DNA of 64,000 nt, from the NCBI GenBank assembly GCA_043228905.1, contig JBHGNT010000004.1, positions 14,384,001-14,448,000 on the forward strand, read 5' to 3'. How positions within the stretch are numbered: the stretch's first letter is position 1; each line of letters opens with the position of its first letter. The notes beneath the pieces are model-generated. The model was not told the origin of the DNA and made no database searches. It was given only the letters and a program-made list of their open reading frames with translations. A program made the translations under genes and the position numbers. This DNA is from Azolla caroliniana (taxonomy: Eukaryota > Plantae > Polypodiophyta). Below, one piece after another: positions 46,306 to 64,000 of the stretch.

Positions 46306-47689
46306 CGTACAGTTCGACCTGTGCATGATTTGTACGGGTCGTTCTGCCCAATCCGCGCGACCGGTGTGTCGGTGACTGAGCCGTACCGGACGTTCTGAAC
46401 CGTCTTCCAAAATCGTTTCAAGCAGTTCATCCGCATCCATCCATCTAAGCAATTTGACGTCATCCATCCATCCGAACAGTTTGGCCAAATCACTAGGACC
46501 GTTCTGTGCTCCAAACACATAGATATGAAGTAACAAGTTATGGGTCTACTTAGATACTGTTGGATCTAATGTTGTCCTATCTGTGTGGGATATCTCACAG
46601 TTTTGTTTTCCTCATCTTTCCAACTTCATACTCACATAACTTGATACATAATTGTTCGTTTCATATGTAGTAAAATGCGTTCGTAAGCTCTTGAGGATGT
46701 CCATCTTTCCATACCAAGCCATTAAGCTAATACAAAATAATTATTTTGGTATTTTTCATATCGTGTGTGAAGAACCACACAACAACGTTGTCGTGCCTTT
46801 CGGCTCTGGATCGTTGCGTGAGTCGGGCAGAAACCACTGAGGTTTTGGACTAGGAGAAAAGAAAATTCTAAGGCAATGAAGAATATGAAATATGTTGTAA
46901 GGAAGAAAGATATGAAAAACTTGTGAATCCCACGAGTATAGTGTATTAGTGAGTACTCAGATTAAGAGAGAAAAATAGTTAGCAAATTCGTGAATCCCAC
47001 GATTATATTATATTAATCCACCCTTGTAAAATAAGCAACAACCCCTATACATCTTTCTCTCTTCCTTATATAGTGTTGGAGGAGTCTAAGTTTATCACAT
47101 GCAGGCATCTTGCTTTTCCTAACTTTAGTTTTCATGCACACTGCACGTGCATGATTAGCTTTCTATCCCATCAGTTCTTTTAACTCGAGTGTGTATGCAT
47201 GAATAACTTTTTGTACCATGCATATCTAGAATATTTACATGGGATAAAGTTTAGTATAACTTTAAAATTCATAATATGCTAGTATAGTGATAAAGCTTAA
47301 CATTATTAACATGAAGGTGCAAGGTTCGAAATTTGCCCTATGCATGTAATATATATATATATATTTTATACTTTCTTCTATTTACAAATATGTCTCTTCA
47401 TCTGGTGAGAGATTCTCACCGGCCTTCTTCATCCGGCTCTTGCCGATTCTGTTTTATCCGGTGCTTGTTAGTTTTCTTTATCCGGTTCTTACCGGGACCT
47501 CCTTACCGATCTCTTCGTCCGTTTCTCACCGACTCTCATTGGCCTTCTTCATCCGGGTCTTGCCGGGTCTCCTTACCGGTTTCAGTCCTTACCAGTTCCT
47601 CCTTCCGGTTCTCCTCCATGTCCTATCCGGAGAGACAAAAATGTAATTTTTCACGTAGTGTGCGAATTACACTACGACAACGTCGCTCC

Positions 47690-48320
47690 ACCCCAGAGAA
47701 GAACATAGTCAACCGATTCGGCTACAATGACTACATGGCATATCATTATGCATTCATGATGAAGGTGGTGACAAATCGAGAGTTGAAAACCTTTTCCGAA
47801 GCAATGAATGAGGAGATGAAAACACTCTCCCGAAACGAGACATGGGATCTCATCCCCTCTTCACACCATCAAAAGGCAATCAGATGCCGATGCATATTCA
47901 AGGTGACGCACAATGTTGATGGCGCCGTCAATCGGTATAAGGCCCGACTTGTAGCAAAATGTTATGCGGAGACACACGGGGTCGATTACAAGAGACCTTT
48001 GTCTCGGTGGCAAAGATGACTACCATCCGAATCGTGATCACGCTTGCAACAACAAAAGGGTGGCACCTCCATTAGATGGACGTTAAGAACGCCTTTCTCC
48101 AAGGCGAATTAGATGAGGAGGTGTACACGTTACAACCACCCGGATTCAAGTCGAATACGCATCCGACTGCTACATGCCAACTCAAAAAGCCTCTCTATGG
48201 CCTCAAACAAGTGCCTAGAGCATGACATTCGAATATAACCCAATATCTTCATCAAATCGGCTTTAAAATGTCCAAGTTTAACAATTCTCTATTTTCATCC
48301 GGAGCGACGCTAGAGGACAT
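47690..48320 (+). pseudogene. Copia I RT N-terminal remnant
   Basis: [40 protein letters not shown] and KPLYGLKQ motifs. Confidence 0.85.
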
Positions 48321-48444
48321 GTATTTATTATAATCATAGAATGTAATAAATGTGTTTGTGCAAGCATTCAAACGTTTGAAAACGAACACGTTTGAAAAGG
48401 GAAAAATACATGCTCCTTTTTTTTTCATTTATTATCCTTACATT

Positions 48445-48790
48445 TTAGCTCACCCTAGTGGTAATTTGTCATGCTATTGTTGTCTATGTCTTGGCATCAA
48501 TTCCCAATTTTCTCATCTCTCTCGTTTGTGTCATGTCATAGCAAAATTTTATGTTAGCATTTTTTTTCTTTCCTTATTGATAGAAATTACCTCAAGCTAG
48601 TGGTAAGTTGTCATGTTATTATTGCTTATGTTTTGGGTTCAATTCCCAATTTTCTCATATCCTCTCGTTAGTGTCATGTCATGGCAAACTTTTATGTTAG
48701 TGTCATGTTCCTTTTTTTTTGTTTCTTTGTTATTAGAAATTAGCTAACCCTAGTGTTAAGTTGTTATGCTACTACGACCTACGTCATGTT
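48445..48790. repeat. Degenerate ~145-bp tandem repeats
   Basis: CTAGTG(G/T)TAA(T/G)TTGT(C/T)ATG occurs three times and TTCCCAATTTTCTCAT twice. Confidence 0.6.
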
Positions 48791-48954
48791 TTTCTTCATA
48801 TTCTCGAATATATGTTTTATAGTTTTTGAACGTTTGGTTATAATTTATAATGACATATTTTGATTCAATCTCTATAGTTCATACTCATTGTTTTGTAAAG
48901 TTCTAAAGTGAGGAGGATAGAGATGTCTTGATTCTTAAGAAGCATCCCAAAGGT

Positions 48955-49040
48955 ATGCATGTGATACAATGCAAATATTGCAACCATACTTATGTTGGTG
49001 GTTCACAATGGATTAGAGTCCACTTATTGGGATTGAGAGT
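48955..49040 (+). pseudogene. BED zinc-finger fragment (hAT-type transposase remnant)
   Basis: Translates as MHVIQCKYCNHTYVGGSQWIRVHLLG. Confidence 0.55.
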
Positions 49041-49305
49041 GAATCAATATACAATATAGACCATAGTCAATCCAATCCAACTTCGAGATTATTTACCATA
49101 CACGCTTGATTGAATCATTCTCGAATGCGAAGGCATGTATGTATGATACGTATGGTTCATTCTATGGATCATATAGATATGTATTACGTAACTTTAAAAG
49201 AAAACATACATAAGATATGTATATATATATGTACGTAACTTTTAAAGAAAACGAAAATGAAAAAGGAGGGGAGGGCCATTCGTTCGTTGGTTCAAAGTTC
49301 AAACG

Positions 49306-61045
<11,740 letters not shown>

Positions 61046-61899
61046 ATCTATTCATGTAGCTTTCCAACATATGGTTATCAGCCCTTATATATATATACAC
61101 ACACAAAGCTTTAATGTGCACAAGCATCTATGGAGAGGTGGAAGCAGCATCATCATCGTGGATATTTTTTGAAATGAGAGAAAATTGGAATCCAAAGGTC
61201 CATTCATAATGTGAATAGGCACTCTGTATTTGTTTTCTTTCCCTGATTCAACAATGTGGCTTGTATTAAAGAACTTCAGGACCTTCATCTGGCTCACCTG
61301 CAAACATAGTTTATATTAGAGAATTCTATGATATGACGTAGGGTTATGTTAGAGAATTTTGTGATACCGCTGTCAACAGCCTCTCACCTAGCTAGTTGGA
61401 CATCACAATCAATAGTTTTTGTATTGTTACTTGATGATTTATTCCTACTGGAAGGAACAGTGTACTAAAAACTTATTTGGAAGGATGAATACCAGCCTAT
61501 TCAGATTTCCTCTCTTGTAAGGCACTTGCATTATTGTATTCAGATGAGACTTGCTATTTCAGGGATTGTTGTTTTAGGAACTTGCTACTTATTTTGCCAT
61601 TTTTTAATAGTTCCCTATCATGTGGTACAGGAAAAGAAAAAATGCGTCATTAGAACAAGGATATTCATTAATGGAAATCAAACATGATTCTAAAACAAGA
61701 CTGAAAACTTGACTATATTATGTTGGAGATAATGGCGATATTTTAGTATCCATGATGGTAGGCCAGAAACATAATGTACGAGGTCCCTATCAGACAACCT
61801 GACCAATGTAAGCTACGACTGTTTCGTTTCTCCCTATCTCAAAGATGTGTACTGCACCATTTTTTAGCAATACATACATTGCTGGTAGGAAACCTCAAT

Positions 61900-64000
61900 A
61901 TGAGTTAAAAACTAACAAAAGTTATAAAAAATTTCATTGCTCAAAAGCACTCAAAATAAAGCTGACATAGTTGTAGAAAGTTTTTGGCAAAAAGGAGGCA
62001 ATCATAAAGATAGTCTCAAAGAGTTGGAAATGAAATTCATCAAAAGTTAGTTGTCAAAATTTTACATGGTTTTGAGTTATTCAAATGGTTCCCAATGCCC
62101 AAAATTTATCCAATGGAAAACAATGGCATTTGATAAAAGTTCTTTTAAACGGAGATGCTAAACCCTTTATAAAGATAAGAGGGAACCAATACAAGATGCA
62201 ATGATTATGTATGTTAGACCTTGACCAACACATTGTTTTATCATGTCCAACCCATTCTTATAGTGGAAGAAACCTTATGCATAGAGGCAACACAACACAA
62301 ACTATTACAAAGGATGGCACTTTGGAGGCAAGAATTGGGTTAGGATGGTGGAAAGCATCAAGATGGGATGACATTATTGTTCCATTTTTTATCACATTTT
62401 GGGACTGCTTGAAGAAGGCCAAATTATGCATTGCAAATAAAACCTGGGAAGATTTGTAGAATCCCTTATACATGGGACAGAGGATTTGATTAAACATTGC
62501 CCAAAGGTTTGATTAAACATAGTATAGTTCAATACATCAAGGTAGCTCCATTAGTGCAATATTCTACATGATTGCAACACGCCCATTGTTATTACAAATG
62601 GATAATCTTGTGACATTTAGCCAATTGCATTTGGATGACTCATATTTTATGCCATGCGCATTCACAGAATATGCAAAGAGTAATGGATGCTCTTGAGTTG
62701 ATGGCCTTTGTTGTTAGGTTGCATGTGAATTTCTACATCAAAACTCTCAATCTTGCACACATATGGTTGACATGCACAAGTATGGCCAAGGCATATAATC
62801 CAAATAAGACCATAAGGCATTTTGGGTATCCTCTTGGTTAATATTCAACAAACAAGAAAACTCAAAGCAACCAAAGAACCGGACTATTACAGGTTGATTT
62901 AGGAATAGTGCAATCGAGATTAATGGCTTATCTCGAGTATTGATTGCTTGTTGATTGGTGCAATCATGGATTTAAGTTGATTCAATCAAAGATATACATG
63001 TTATAAGAAAAGCTTGGTTGCTACGTACTTTAGCCCAACAAAGTCTCTAGTGTATGAAAATATTGGCTTGTTTGTTAGTACATCTTCAAACTCCTACTTT
63101 TGGTGTTTGGGAAATCACTTGTTGGGAAATGCGTGTTGGCAAGTTTAATGTTTGTACCAAAGGGTATCCCTTTAGCACCAAATTGGACAAAGATTAGAAG
63201 TTAATCCCACAAAAGCTTTGTTTGAACAAGGGAATGTATGCTAGTAACTCCATGAAATTTGAGTATCCATTGGAATTCTCTTTTTGATAACCCTTTAGCC
63301 AATGTGGAGCCATGTAGGGCATTTTGCATAGCGAATGGGGGAGGGCTTAACTTCAATCCAATCCATTAGGAGACAAACACTCGATCGCAAAGAAATAGTG
63401 ATGGCAAAGGGCATGCACTAACATTTCAAGATACAATTTAGGTCCTCAAACACAAATAAATTTGGTCTAAAATAATGGAATAATTGCAAGCATTTACCCT
63501 CATGTCACCTTTAGAAGCATAAAATAGATTTTTTTATTGAAATTTGAAGTGAGGTAACTTTTGTGTCCAATGAGGTCATAAAGAATTCACAAGCTATGCC
63601 TTCCCATCTCCTTGGGTCCAAGGGCATGAAAATGCTCTTTGGCAAATCACTAAATTTGAGGGATGGTGGAAGAAAAAACTTATTTTCCTTTGGAAATTAT
63701 GTTTATCCAATAGGATCACAACTAGTGGAAAGGATATTATTCATTCTCCTTGTGTGAGGTGTTGTAGCGGATTATAAATGATAACTCCTTGATATTGCAC
63801 CCCTTCAATAGTGAGAGTGTTATGTCCTTAGTGAGCATTTGCAAGAAGAGGAGCCGTTCTACCATGACTCTACAATTTTAGGTACCACTTTGTTATGACA
63901 TCATGATCAATCCTTGTGGGCCTTCTCCAAGATTTGAGTCCTTCATTAAGTTTAGATTAATTGCTAGCATTGTTGTTCATAAATTAGGTCGTTTGTGATG
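61900..64000 (+). pseudogene. Possible very old gypsy RNase H/integrase relic
   Basis: Scattered eroded motifs in the expected order (e.g. VMDAL near 62680, a PRF..F-like stretch near 63925); no long ORF. Confidence 0.3.

Overview
Land-plant nuclear DNA; a bryophyte (probably a moss) is inferred from the retrotransposon types. Bases ~1-48,300 are a deeply nested transposon pile. It holds three related tRNA-Trp-type Ty3/gypsy elements (A, B, and the gag-only C) and a 2-kb non-coding LTR element (TRIM-like). It also holds a young Ty1/copia (G), two chromovirus-type gypsy remnants (D, H), two tRNA-Arg-primed gypsy elements with a large extra 3' ORF (E near-complete, F truncated), and copia/hAT/Helitron-like debris. 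From 49,306 to 61,045 lies an apparently intact 9-exon MT-A70 family methyltransferase gene (METTL4-like, DPPW motif) with a 7-kb TE-filled first intron. The most unusual signals are: (i) antisense tRNA-like (A-box/B-box) cassettes at the 5' end of the LTRs of two, possibly three, LTR families; (ii) an 11-nt Tf1-style self-priming site in the non-coding element; (iii) a -1 frameshift signal placed between protease and RT in element B. All coordinates were read by eye and no database searches were run.
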